A stretch of DNA of 64,000 nt from positions 186,001 to 250,000 of the forward strand of contig BAAIJX010000015.1 of the NCBI GenBank assembly GCA_054600435.1. The letters run 5' to 3'. A program made the translations under genes and the position numbers. Positions within the stretch are counted from its first letter, which is position 1, and every line of letters starts with the position of its first letter. The notes beneath the pieces are model-generated. The model was not told the origin of the DNA, did no database searches, and saw only the letters and a program-made list of their open reading frames with translations. The DNA comes from Neophaeotheca triangularis (Eukaryota). Positions 11,653 to 22,584 of the stretch are shown in pieces.

Positions 11653-12514
11653 CTACTTCGTCCTGACCTGCTTCAGCTTCTTCGGGCTGTATGTGAACTG
11701 CGAAGCGTATGCCTTGGGCACTCTCTTCCTCTCGTTGGGCTCCTGCACGAAGTACTCGTAACCCTGCTTGTTCGCGAACATGACGGCGTCATCTTTGCTC
11801 TTGAAGTTCAAGTGCGTGCCTTGCATGAAGTCTGCCGATGACTGCCAGCCCATCAATGGGTTCTCCCAGCGGTGGCCCTTTGAGAGTACGTCCCAGTCCA
11901 TGCGCCATTGGTGGCCGTGCCAGTCGCCGGATTGGGTGGCTGTCTTGGCTGGGCGGAAGATGCTATCGTAAAGCGGTTAGTTGGCAAGAAACTGAGGGGT
12001 TCCGGGCTTTAGTGATTGCCATACCGAACTGTTCGCGCTTGAAGTTCTTGGGGCGCGCCCGAAAGCACTGCGGCCGCTGTGTTTGGTCCGGGTTCACTGC
12101 CGTCCATGACACGCGTTGGCACTGGAGAGAAGTTCCTGCAACAAAGTCGTCAGCCACATCGTGCTTCGTTCCTCCCTCCAAAGACCACGGCTCTATCTTG
12201 CATCTTCATCTCTTTTCCCCCAACTATCCTGGTGTCACATACGATGTCCTGTAGTCTGCCGCAACGTCGTAATCCGGGGAGTGGCTCGGCTGTCCCTCCA
12301 TAGGGCCCTGCTGTCTGATCATGCCAGCCTGTCCCACACTCGGACTCGGCGGTTCCCTGGTGGAGGGCTTTGGTCGGCCGGCCTGTCCACCCTCCTCGGC
12401 TCCCGGGTTGTGGCCCTGAGTTACACATCTCTGCAGGAGGGGCGCGCGTTGCGACAATGTTGGACGAACAGATGTACGGAGAGCAGTAGCTCCAGCCCTG
12501 TTTAGCGAGGCCAT
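11653..12514 (-). CDS. NDUFS4: NADH:ubiquinone oxidoreductase 21 kDa subunit (NDUFS4 family)
   Basis: Arg/Ala-rich presequence. Exons 12514-12243, 12135-12025 and 11962-11653. Motifs RTVRIFRPAKTATQSG, RWENPLMGWQSSAD and FKSKDDAVMFA. Confidence 0.93.
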
Positions 12515-12731
12515 GGTCGTCTCGTGGAGATATAGCGGCGAGTATCGTCGTGGTGGCAGCCGATGGTGGTAAGCAGCCAGACGTTGCTTGGAGAGGTGAT
12601 GCTGCTATCGCGGTCCGAGCCGCAGTCTTGGCAATGAACTTGACTTGCGCGCAGCCGCAACCGCAACCTCAGTCGATCAGACAGACACCGGCAACCCATA
12701 CCACATCTCCCTACACTCAACAACTGCAATC

Positions 12732-13399
12732 ATGGTCTCCACACTCGTGCCTCCAAAGGCAAGTTCTCCACGGAAAGCACCACCTACCAACGTATACTAA
12801 CCGCGCTCGCAGGTCGCCTCGCCCAACGTATGACCCCCTCACTCCACCCCCGACTCTATCCGAGCGACTTCCACGGCAGTGAACTGACCTTAACAACCCT
12901 ATTCCAGGCTATTGGTGGTGCAGCAGACGCTGCGCGCATGCAGAGAGTCGTTTCCTTCTACGAGAAGCTCCCCCGAGGAGCCGCGCCCACTCCCCAACCG
13001 AAAGGCCTGCTCGGCCGCTACCAGCAGCGCTACTTCAGCGGCAGGAACGCCTCTGCCATGCGTACGTCTTCCCTTTGACAGTTTGAGAGCGGGGAGAGTA
13101 CACTGTTGCATTGTTTGTTGAGAATAGACGGACATCCGGAGAGTTGGGAAAGCTGCGCAGATCAGGGTTTGATGAGGGCTTGCACATCGGAAGGACGAGA
13201 TAGAAAAAAGCCGGAAGCTGACAAGGTGATACTCAACAGCTCTCGTCCACGCCATCGGTGGCCTCATGCTCCTCGGTTATGCCCAGAACTACTACTTCCA
13301 CTTGCGTGAGTACCATCGAAAATTCGACCAGTAGCACGGCGGAGGATGGAACAGCTGACCCGGTGGTATCTAGGTCACCACAAGAACAACGCTCACTAA
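12732..13399 (+). CDS. ATP17: Mitochondrial ATP synthase subunit f
   Basis: Exons 12732-12758, 12813-12827, 12908-13061, 13240-13305 and 13374-13399 give MVSTLVPPK-VASPN-AIGGAADAARMQRVVSFYEKLPRG...PLVHAIGGLMLLGYAQNYYFHLRHHKNNAH. The first intron is GC-AG. Confidence 0.92.
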
Positions 13400-14255
13400 G
13401 CAGCGGTTCGGGTAGGTAGTGTTGATGGGGAGACGGAGTTTCTGCAGCTTTTAGGGAGAAACGCAGTATTTGTATATACTAGAGTTTAAGAAGCCGTTGC
13501 TCTCCCCGTACCCCTGCACGTCCAGTCTCGTTTGAATGAAATAGAAGGATTGTGGCATTTTCCGAGCACCGTCGTCTTCCTACCGCTTCGTACCTACTGT
13601 CTCCACCATATGTGCAAGCTACTTGTAGTTGAAGCACTTGATTGTCTCCCGAGATTACCCAGGTACCTGCAGACCGCGTGGGTTGGCACTACTTCAGCAT
13701 GGAATATGTGGCACTCAGAACAATTTATTGAATCAGAATTCGAGGAGACGTGTTAAGCAGCAAAAGATACAGATCTATTTAAGTATTTGGATTGTCAATC
13801 ATGCCGCTCTTGTCCCATCCACAATCGCAGTGGACCACGCAAATTACGATTACCACCCGAGAAATCAAGTAAGCAGCGGCGCTCAAAGCGCATACAGAGA
13901 AGAGAAAATGAGAGCGAGCGTGAGGACAAGCGATCGATAGGCGCCGCTAATGAAGCGGAAGAGGGGCGAAGAAAATATCGCAGTCGTATGGGGAGGCCGA
14001 GAGCTCGATCGTCACCGTCACGTCGAAAGAGCGAAATGCCATGAAGATGCTCGATGCTGTTGGTTGATGCACAGCGGTAAGAAATGCTCAAATTCAGCAT
14101 CTATCGGTCGTGAAGTCAGTGCGGTATGAGCATGGTGGTAGAGATGTGATGTCGGTGAATGCGAAATGGATGTCGACGGCATCCTTGGTCATTGACGATC
14201 GTCATGTCGTGATGGTATGCAAGGCCGGGGCGACCGGTCGAGGCCGACCACGCAT

Positions 14256-16040
14256 CTATTCGGCAGCTGGTTTGGGGTCGGCTCCGTCGGCAACAGGCTT
14301 CTTCTCCTCGGCGCCGGCAGTGGACTGTCCTTCGGCAAGCGGGCTACGACCACGGATGGCAGACTGGGCCCAGCGCTGGTTCTGGATCGGGACCGCAGAC
14401 TGTCCTCCGAGGGCTTGCGAAAACTCATTCTCGCTCCGACCTGCGGCGAAGGGAACACCGCGGCGAGCGTACTGGGTTGCGTACTCGTACTCGGCGGACC
14501 TGAACTGGCGAGCGGCCTGCGTCTGCTGCTTGAGCGACTTCTGTTCTTGGGTGTCGGCATAGCGGATCTGGATGTTCAACGTCTCGTCGCCAGACTTGAT
14601 GGTGTGATTGTTGAACTTCTTGATCACTTCCTCGCAATCGTTCCGGGACTCGAAGCTTGACATTGTCAGTGGTAGCAAGACATGTCATCTCCGGGAGAGG
14701 AACTTACCGAGCAAAGCCAACGCCACGGCCATGGCCATTCTTGTCGCGCAGGATCCTGGCAGAAGCCACCACAAACGGTTCGAACAGAGTGGAAAGCTCG
14801 TGCTCGTTCATGCTCTTGGGTAGGTTAGACACATAGAGGTTCGTGTTGCCATCATCGGCGAAGGTCTTGAGCTTCGAGTAGAAGGATTCCTGGAAGTAGC
14901 GTCAGTGGTGGAGCGTGAGATGCGGTAGGCATAGTGATGTGGTGGCGTACTCTTGCAAAGCTGACCTCGTACCCAAGGTAGTGGAAGGCGCGGATGCAGT
15001 TCTCGGCGTCTTCGTAGTTGTGGTACTTGACGAATCCGAAGCTAACGGTAGTGTTAGCACTGCCAAGCGAGAACCAACAGAAGAGCGACTTACCCTTTGC
15101 AGAGGCCAGTCGACATCTCAATGATCGACTTGGAGCTCTTGATGTCACCGAAACGCGAACCCCAGATCTCAAGCATCTCGTCGGTGGTCTCGGGAAGAAG
15201 ACCGCGGATGTAGACATTGGTCTCGCCACGCTGGTTCTCGAGGGCACGGTCGAGCGGCTTGAGGGGCGAAGACGGTGCTGGGATTGCGCGAGGTATGACA
15301 GGCTCTTTGGTGAGAAGCGACTTCAAGCGTGGGGCGAGGTCGCTCTGCTCTGGCTGCTTGCCCAGAGGCATGCCGTAAGGACCGAGCTGGGACGTCGGCG
15401 AAGGCGTGCTGTGAGCAAATGGGCCACTCGGGGAGCGATTGATGGCGACTCCACCAGGCACGAAGTTGGGGTAGCCCGGATACGAAGGTGTGGCAGGCTG
15501 GTCGTTCTCGTTCGATGAGATGGAATCACGTCGAGGCGTGATGAGCGTGGGGACGTCGCCAGTGGCATGGGTGGTCGGAGTCCAGTTGTTCGAGAGCGGG
15601 CTGTTGTCCTGGTGGCTGTAGCCCTGGTAGTTGAGCTGCTGGGGCATGTACTGCGGAGCGTGTGGGGTGTACATGCCAGGCGACTGGCTGTTGCCGCCAT
15701 TGGCGTAGGTGTTTGGGTACACATACTGACCAGCGGAGCCGTACATGGCCGGCGGCATCGTCGTGGCAGCGGGCATGCCGTACTGGCCACCAACGGTCGA
15801 CATCATGGCGTTCTTGGCTTGGGTTGCGAAGGTCTGGTTCTGGAGGTTCTGGATGCCCATTCCTTGAAAGCTATGAGCGAGTGCTGACATGTCGGGGACG
15901 GAGGCGTTATGCATGCCGTAAGTCTGACCTGCCTGAGCACGGCCGTACTGGTTGCCGTAGTAGTTGTTGACAGCGCCGTAGCCGTTGGTAGCTCGGTTGT
16001 AGCCGGAGCCCTGGCGTTGTTGCTGACCGTGAGTGTCCAT
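14256..16040 (-). CDS. Tandem-RRM RNA-binding protein (RBMS/MSSP-like) with a Q/N/Y/G-rich N-terminus
   Basis: RRM1 has [17 protein letters not shown] and RRM2 has [17 protein letters not shown]. Exons 16040-15094, 15041-14951, 14889-14708 and 14655-14256; the last acceptor is AAG. Two further introns lie upstream of the ATG (16432-16305 and 16244-16046). Confidence 0.88.
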
Positions 16041-16847
16041 GGATGCTGTTGGCTTGAAAGTGTCAGCCCAAGTCCATTTCACCAATGTAGTGTAGATGCG
16101 GGCAAAGGGAACCCAACATCCAGGCCAGCGAGGGAGATCGAGACTGGAGGAGGCACGCGGAGTAGAGTGATGACGGCTTTGTGGTGAAGCGTGAAGAGGA
16201 GAGTGGTGGAGGCAGAGTCTGATAGACGACTAGTAGAGGCTTACCGCTGAACAAGTTTGCGGTGGATGTGATGGTGCCTTGTGGAAGTGGGAGTAGTGAT
16301 TGGCCTATCAAGTTCGATGTCAGTATCTCAGTCATGAATGTGCCAGCGTGTTCAGAAGAGCAGAAAGCGGATGTCGGAAGTCGTGAGAGTAGGAAGGGGC
16401 CAGAGTAGAGTGAAGGGAAGAATAACACTGACCGGTATGGGTTTGTCGGAGATGTGGTGCTTGCCCGGGGCGGTATCTCGAGAGAGGTGGGAGATTGAAG
16501 TGTACAGTCAAGGAGTGACAAGACGGTAGCGTCTATGATATTGGGACTGGTGCTCTGGTCAGACACAATGCAAGAGAATGAAGAACGCAGTCGAATGGTG
16601 CTGGGATGGTGGTGATTGTTGTTGTTGTGTTTGGTGGAGGAAGAGGAAGAGGAAGAGGACGAAGAAGAAGAAGAAGTAGAGGTGGAAGATGTTGTGGGAA
16701 GACGAGAGTGAGGTAGGAGGTAGGAGGTAAGTGATGAATGATGTAAGGTAGGTAGGTAGGTAGGTACCTGGTAAGGTGCCTTAGAGAGTCGGTTAGAGAA
16801 GGAGGAAGGACGGGACGGGACGGGAGGAAGAAGGAAGTGCAAGTGCT

Positions 16848-16877
16848 GGTCGAGGTCGAGGTCGAGGTCGAGGTCGA
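16848..16877. repeat. (GGTCGA)5 within a purine-rich low-complexity tract
   Basis: Read directly; flanked by GAA/GGA and TAGG repeats across about 16620-16950. Confidence 0.85.
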
Positions 16878-17596
16878 AGAGGTCGAGGGGGAGGTCGAGG
16901 TGGAGGTGGAGGTGAAGTGGTGGAAGGAATGAAAGAAGAAAGAAAGACTGCCTAAAGTGGGCAGGTGAGGTGCTGGGTCGGGGAGTGGGCTATCGGCTCC
17001 GTGTCGGCAGAGAGGTAAGGTGGTTTTGCATTTTTGCTGCTTGCTGGAAGTGAAGGAAATTGCGGTCAAGCCTCACCTCCCGAGGTCAACCTCAACCACT
17101 GGCACTGGAAGTCACGCACCTTTTCTTATTATTCCAATCTCGTCGCTACAACAACACAACCTTAACACTTCCTCTATTCCTGGCCGTAAGGTCAAGGTTG
17201 TTTTTACCAACGTCGACCAACACCTGGAAGTCGTATTTGGAATGCTGGGCTGGTTTCCTCTTGAATGTCCACGGGTGCCTTAGGTGACTACCTAAAACCT
17301 TCAATATGCCAAGTCGCAGTTGCAAGCGCAGATTATATGCCAACCCGAGTCGCTGTCGCTGTGCCTGGATACGGGAGATGGATGTGCAATGTTGAGAAGA
17401 TGCGCTGGGTGGGAAGTAGATCTCGATAGCGATGCCTCTTGAAGAATAAGGTACGGAACAACGCTGGGAGCTAGGTATAAGTTACAGACAGTCTTCGCAA
17501 GTAGAAGGGCTGGAGCAAAATGAAGAACAGAACAGAGCAAAGCAGAGCAGAGCAGCCTGCACTCGATACATACCTTTCCCAATCCTGATCCCACAG

Positions 17597-17631
17597 TACC
17601 TACCTACCTACCTACCTACCTACCTACCTAC
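17597..17631. repeat. (TACC)8 microsatellite
   Basis: Read directly. Confidence 0.9.
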
Positions 17632-19665
17632 TAGCTCTCTTGTTCGTTTCCTGCACCTAGGCGGGTTAGAGCGTCGCACCAGACCAAGCTGTCGATTGTT
17701 TCCGGAGCCATGCAAGCCACTCCCTCTTTGTTCAATTGATTGACGGCCCTCCTGCGAACGCTGCCACCGGGTTACGCAAACTGCACGTCTTCGTCTGCGT
17801 CTACCGCCACCTGTTACCCCATCATTGGCATTGTAAGTACACGAGGGCTACGAGTGTTCTACTCCCTCTCCCTCTCTCTCTCTCTCTCTTTCCCTCTTTC
17901 GGTCTCTCCCAATGCTTGAGTCGCGGAAGCTTTTTACGACGACTGAGGCGTAATTTCGATTCATCACTTTCCCTTTCTTTTCCCGGAGGTTGGATCTCTC
18001 AGGCTACGACTTGGTGTGCGCTGGGCCATGGCACGTTTCGACGCACCGCAAGATCTTTCCAAGTCACTGGACTCATTACCTTAGTCTTCGTGGAGCTCGT
18101 GGTGTTTGCGCCCGACACCCTCGAGGTTCATCGTTTGGTCGGACCAGAGGTCCGCTTCTTCCAAACACGGCTGGCTTCCGTGATCTGTCGTACCTGCATG
18201 ACATTTGATGTTGTTCATCCCGGTCAACGGCGCATCTGTGACAGCCTGCCCGACGGACCGCCCCTAGGACGTTGGAGCCGCAGGATGCATTCTGGGTAGG
18301 ATGCTAGAATTTATGCGTCGTGTTTTGGGTTTTTCTTCCCAGCGTCTCTGTAACATTGATCAAGTAGGTATTCTTCCGTGATTTCGCTTCGATTCGACCA
18401 CAACAAAGCCCAATCGCGTCAGTATCGAGAGTATCACAATCGCCATCAAACGGTTCCCCCGCCCGCCAGCCTAGACCCCGGAGCACTGGTATGTGATCTG
18501 TAACAGCAGACATGTCATGCCATCACATTTTGGATGCCCATCTCTGCTTTGTGCGCTGTCTCCAAGGTCAGGGGTCGATTGCAATTTGACCTGCAGGCTG
18601 CATGCATCCGCCGCGGATGACACCCAGCTGCTGTGCATGTGCCACGGAATACGGAAGGCATCGCAACGCTTCCAGGCGAGCCAAATTTCAGTATCTTCGT
18701 CATCACAGGGCAACTTACCTGAAACAATATCAAGATGCTAGCTTTTGGTGCTGGCAACGGTGATAAAGTGTATGGTTAACGTTGTCGCGAGGTGCTCGAT
18801 CACGCCAGGACAATGCACACAAAATTGGGTACAGCCATAACCGGACACCTGTCTCTGGATCCAAGTGAATTCAATACTACCTCCACCAAACCTCTTTCGG
18901 CTATCTTCAGCAGACCTGGTTGTGGTCATCAAGTCGACCTGGCCCTCGGGTCACTTCAACACGCTGCCTCAATGAAAGCTCGTTTGAGTGCAGCGCGCAA
19001 GTGCCGTTCTCGTCACTTTTTGGGCGCCATGCGTGTTGGCACAGACGGATAGTGGCATTTCGTGCCGCACATGACTGAGACCGCCTCTGCAGGCATGCCA
19101 GATGACGAACAGAAGGTCGGGTCGGGAAGACTGTACGGAGTTGTTCGGTACTTGTAGAAAGGGAGCAGCTTATCTGGCCAGGGTAAGAGTTGGAGTTTGG
19201 CAGAAGCATCAACATGACTTACTGTCTAGGGGAAACCCGAAAGGAATACTGTATCACCTGACGGGATGTCCACATTGTCGCTGTCCTCGAGCTTTTGCTC
19301 TTATGATGTAGAAAGGACATGATTATAGCCATGTATGTCACAGTGCTTTCTACGTGTAATGCCCGTCACACCCGTCATACAGACCGCAAGCTGTAGAGAT
19401 GGATCAACCTCAGCTTGAACGCCAAGACCAATACATCCCTCTTGAGATCCTGTTCACCCTGTCGACCACACAAGGCTAACGAACGTTGGACGCCCAATAC
19501 TGGAGACAGGCCAACGGCATGAACGAGGGAAGCTAAGACCCTTCACTTCGGCAACGACACCTCGACTTTTACAATCGACACGGAAATGCCATTCCTCAGT
19601 CAAGCGCAATGCTTGGAGTAGAAGGCATTCGCACTCGAGCTCGCGGTCCGTCACTTGAACTCACA

Positions 19666-21909
19666 ATGTCGGGCATCTACAGCAAAGACGAAGAGCTCGG
19701 CAAACGAGACGATGACTTCAGACCACGGCCCGCCTCTACAGTCTCGACCCTGTTCCGTCCGCGCTGGCGCAAGAGACGGTTGTTGACATTGCTCGGGGTT
19801 GTAGGCGCACTTTACCTCTTGCTGCGGAACCTGCCCTTTACTTCCGAGACCGACGACGAGTACCTAGACTCATCACCGGTGACTTCGTATTGGACCTCGG
19901 GAAGGCAGGCGGTTGAGGAGCCCGTAGGGCCGCCCCCTAGGCGCGTGGGGATTAGCGATGACGAGGAAGAGAAGAGCAAGCACTGGTACAACGGCGTGGT
20001 CAAGTTCTATCGGCTAGCTGAGAGCTTACACGGTATAGCGCGTACAATGGGCCAGCGCCCGATGAACCGCAATGTACTATTTGCAGCTTCATCGCTGAAG
20101 AGTGCTGCGAATCTCTTCCCCATGGCGTGCGAGATGTCACGATGGGATCGCAACTATGTTCACCTGGCTATCATGGGCAGAGAGACACTATCGATGGAGG
20201 ACATATTACAGATCAACGGCGTGGATGCTGATTGTGACATTCATATCCATGACGCGAGAAGCGACTACAACGAATACAGCTCCGACTTTCGGGCTGAGGT
20301 TGCGGTAGGTGGCGCGCTGAAGCACATTCAGGAGTTTATGCATCCCCAGGCCATTATCATGGATGACAGTGCTGTAGAGAATCAGTTCTTCACCCGCGCC
20401 GTGCGTACCAGAGGGCAGGAGTACAGGAAAGCAGTCATTGAGGTACCTTCTGGGCGGTATGAAGACTTCCTATGGTTGACGAGACTCGACTCCGGAAGCC
20501 TAGCGAGCTGGTTCCGACCGCAGATTGATATCCTTGTGCAAGCCCCACAGCACTCCGGCTCTTTGATACGGCTGATAAAGAGTCTGGAGCAGGCGGATTA
20601 CGAGGGGCTCAGACCTCCAAGCCTAACCTTGGAGCTACCGACTGATATTGAGCCTGCTGGCAGGCGTTTCCTCGAAAATCTGTACTGGCCTCCGGGCGTG
20701 GAGAATAACCCACTTGGTCAGAACACGCTCACGCTTCGGCACCGCATTCCTAGTCAACATATATCAGCCGAACAAGCCTCGCTGCGATTCCTCGAGTCAT
20801 TCTATCCTAGACACGGCCACGACAACCACGTGCTTATCCTCTCACCTCAAGCTGAACTGAGCCCACTGTACTTGCACTACCTGCACTATGCTGTCCTCGA
20901 GTATCGATTCTCTTCCTACGGGGCACCCAAGTCTGACGACCTACTCGGCATTTCCCTCGACGTGCCTTCGACATTGCTCAATGGTTCTGAAGGTTTCACG
21001 CAGCCCATTGTCAGCGACATGAATGCGCTGAAATATACAAACAATGAGAAACTTGACCAAACGTCCAGTGTACCTTTCCTGTATCAAGCACCATCATCGA
21101 CAGGGACTTTGGTATTTGGCGACCGATGGGCTGAGCTCCACGACTTCCTTACACATCGTATAGCGGCCTCGCACCTAGGCAAGGCCAAGAAGGGCGAGAA
21201 GTTTGTTTCCGAAAGCCAACCAGCATGGCTTGAATACCTACTCGAACTCATTCGAGCAAGAGGCTGGTTCATGCTTCACCCAGTGGAAAGTCTAATGACC
21301 GTTCACAACGAACTTGCCACCATCCCAGAAGAGTTCAATAAAGAAGGACGCCCCAACGACAAGGCGTCAGAAGCCGCCAAGCAGCCCGGGCATTCCGAGG
21401 AAGAAGCTTTCCTGACCGCTGACGAGCCGCCTGTGTTGACCCCCCACACGGAACAGCGCAGTTTCGACCTACAAACGCCACTCCATGAGAAGTTGCCGTT
21501 TCGAGGAGATCTGGCGGAGCTTCCCCATCTCCCTCTTCTCAAGTATACGGGGCAGATGACGAGTTTCACCCGGGCGCAGGAAGTCCGCGACGAGGAATAC
21601 GTTCCTTACTTCCGAAAGACGCTTGGAGGCTGCGAAGAAGGGGATCAAGCCGACCGGAAACGCGTTTTGATCCCGGGCAAGACCGATGATCTGTTCTGCC
21701 TGCCTGGCATGGAACCTGACTATGACACTCGGGACGAGGATCGAGCGGCTGCCAAAGCTATCGCAGATGCTCTCGATGAGGCCGAGGGCGAGGATGAGGA
21801 GGACGAGGGTGAAGGGGAAGGTAAGCTCGACACAGAGGGAGAGAAGAAGAAGACTGCGACTGTAGAGACAAAGGAAGAGCTTGAGACCAAGGGGCAAGAG
21901 GCAGAGTAG
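19666..21909 (+). CDS. Type II membrane glycosyltransferase family 2-like protein
   Basis: ATG 19666 (MSGIYSKDEELGKRDDD), a single TM (LLTLLGVVGALYLLL), GT-A-like segments SGSLIRLIKSLEQADY and LRFLESFYP..HVLILSPQAELSP. Intronless. Confidence 0.75.
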   Translation: MSGIYSKDEELGKRDDDFRPRPASTVSTLFRPRWRKRRLLTLLGVVGALYLLLRNLPFTSETDDEYLDSSPVTSYWTSGRQAVEEPVGPPPRRVGISDDEEEKSKHWYNGVVKFYRLAESLHGIARTMGQRPMNRNVLFAASSLKSAANLFPMACEMSRWDRNYVHLAIMGRETLSMEDILQINGVDADCDIHIHDARSDYNEYSSDFRAEVAVGGALKHIQEFMHPQAIIMDDSAVENQFFTRAVRTRGQEYRKAVIEVPSGRYEDFLWLTRLDSGSLASWFRPQIDILVQAPQHSGSLIRLIKSLEQADYEGLRPPSLTLELPTDIEPAGRRFLENLYWPPGVENNPLGQNTLTLRHRIPSQHISAEQASLRFLESFYPRHGHDNHVLILSPQAELSPLYLHYLHYAVLEYRFSSYGAPKSDDLLGISLDVPSTLLNGSEGFTQPIVSDMNALKYTNNEKLDQTSSVPFLYQAPSSTGTLVFGDRWAELHDFLTHRIAASHLGKAKKGEKFVSESQPAWLEYLLELIRARGWFMLHPVESLMTVHNELATIPEEFNKEGRPNDKASEAAKQPGHSEEEAFLTADEPPVLTPHTEQRSFDLQTPLHEKLPFRGDLAELPHLPLLKYTGQMTSFTRAQEVRDEEYVPYFRKTLGGCEEGDQADRKRVLIPGKTDDLFCLPGMEPDYDTRDEDRAAAKAIADALDEAEGEDEEDEGEGEGKLDTEGEKKKTATVETKEELETKGQEAE

Positions 21910-22584
21910 AGATTGCCTGTCTCCAGAGTTCCCTACCAGCATATTGTATCGCAGCGCAAGGGCAAGGAATATGATACCCCACGACATTGGATAGTGAAAT
22001 GCGCGATTGAACGGGTTGGCTGTAGCGTACAATATTGTATTATACCCGAGTAGACCGTGCTTTTAGACTGGCAAACCGTCGTAGAGCATGTCATTGTTGG
22101 TTTAGAGCAGATTCTCACTAACGTAGGTACGTAGTTGGTAATTGATCCCCTACTAGATTCTGGAGACATGCATAAGCGCCCATTGGATTTGAAGCCGCGT
22201 ATATAAACGTCGAGAGCCTACCACACCACTCCAAGTCGGCATCTTCACTCGATAGACGCTAGCTCGATTCGGTTTAGTTGCGTTCGGGCAGGTCCAGTAG
22301 CGGCAGCTTGACGAGACTCGCAACTTGGAAGCATGGAGCCGTCAAAGTTACCTAACTTCCTGACTTCTACATCAACGTGTCAAGATGTGAAGGACACAGC
22401 AGCCTCTTATGGCCAAGCTTTGAGTCAAGAGCACCCCAAGACCAAGATATAGGCGTCGTCACCCGCAAGCTCATGGCTTATGCAAGGGTAAGTGCTGGGT
22501 TACATTCCAGAACACCGACCTGCTTTCCTCTTCTTCAATCACGACAATCTCAATCACAGCGCGTCTTCTTCGTCATGCGTTGTC

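Noticed and set aside
13168..13221. Possible C/D snoRNA (TGATGA..CTGA) in ATP17 intron 3
   Set aside because: Too short, no terminal stem, and the CTGA coincides with the branch point.
14656..14658. AAG splice acceptors in the RRM gene and EGT1 (63422-63420)
   Set aside because: An uncommon but established acceptor type, needed to restore conserved frames; not novel.
16063..17069. Ser/Thr-rich ORFs of 259 aa and 178 aa
   Set aside because: Products of pyrimidine-rich simple repeats that also span introns; no domain signal.
17640..19600. Many 60-190-aa ORFs in the long intergenic region
   Set aside because: No recognisable motifs or coherent exon structure; treated as regulatory DNA upstream of the divergent RRM and GT2 genes.
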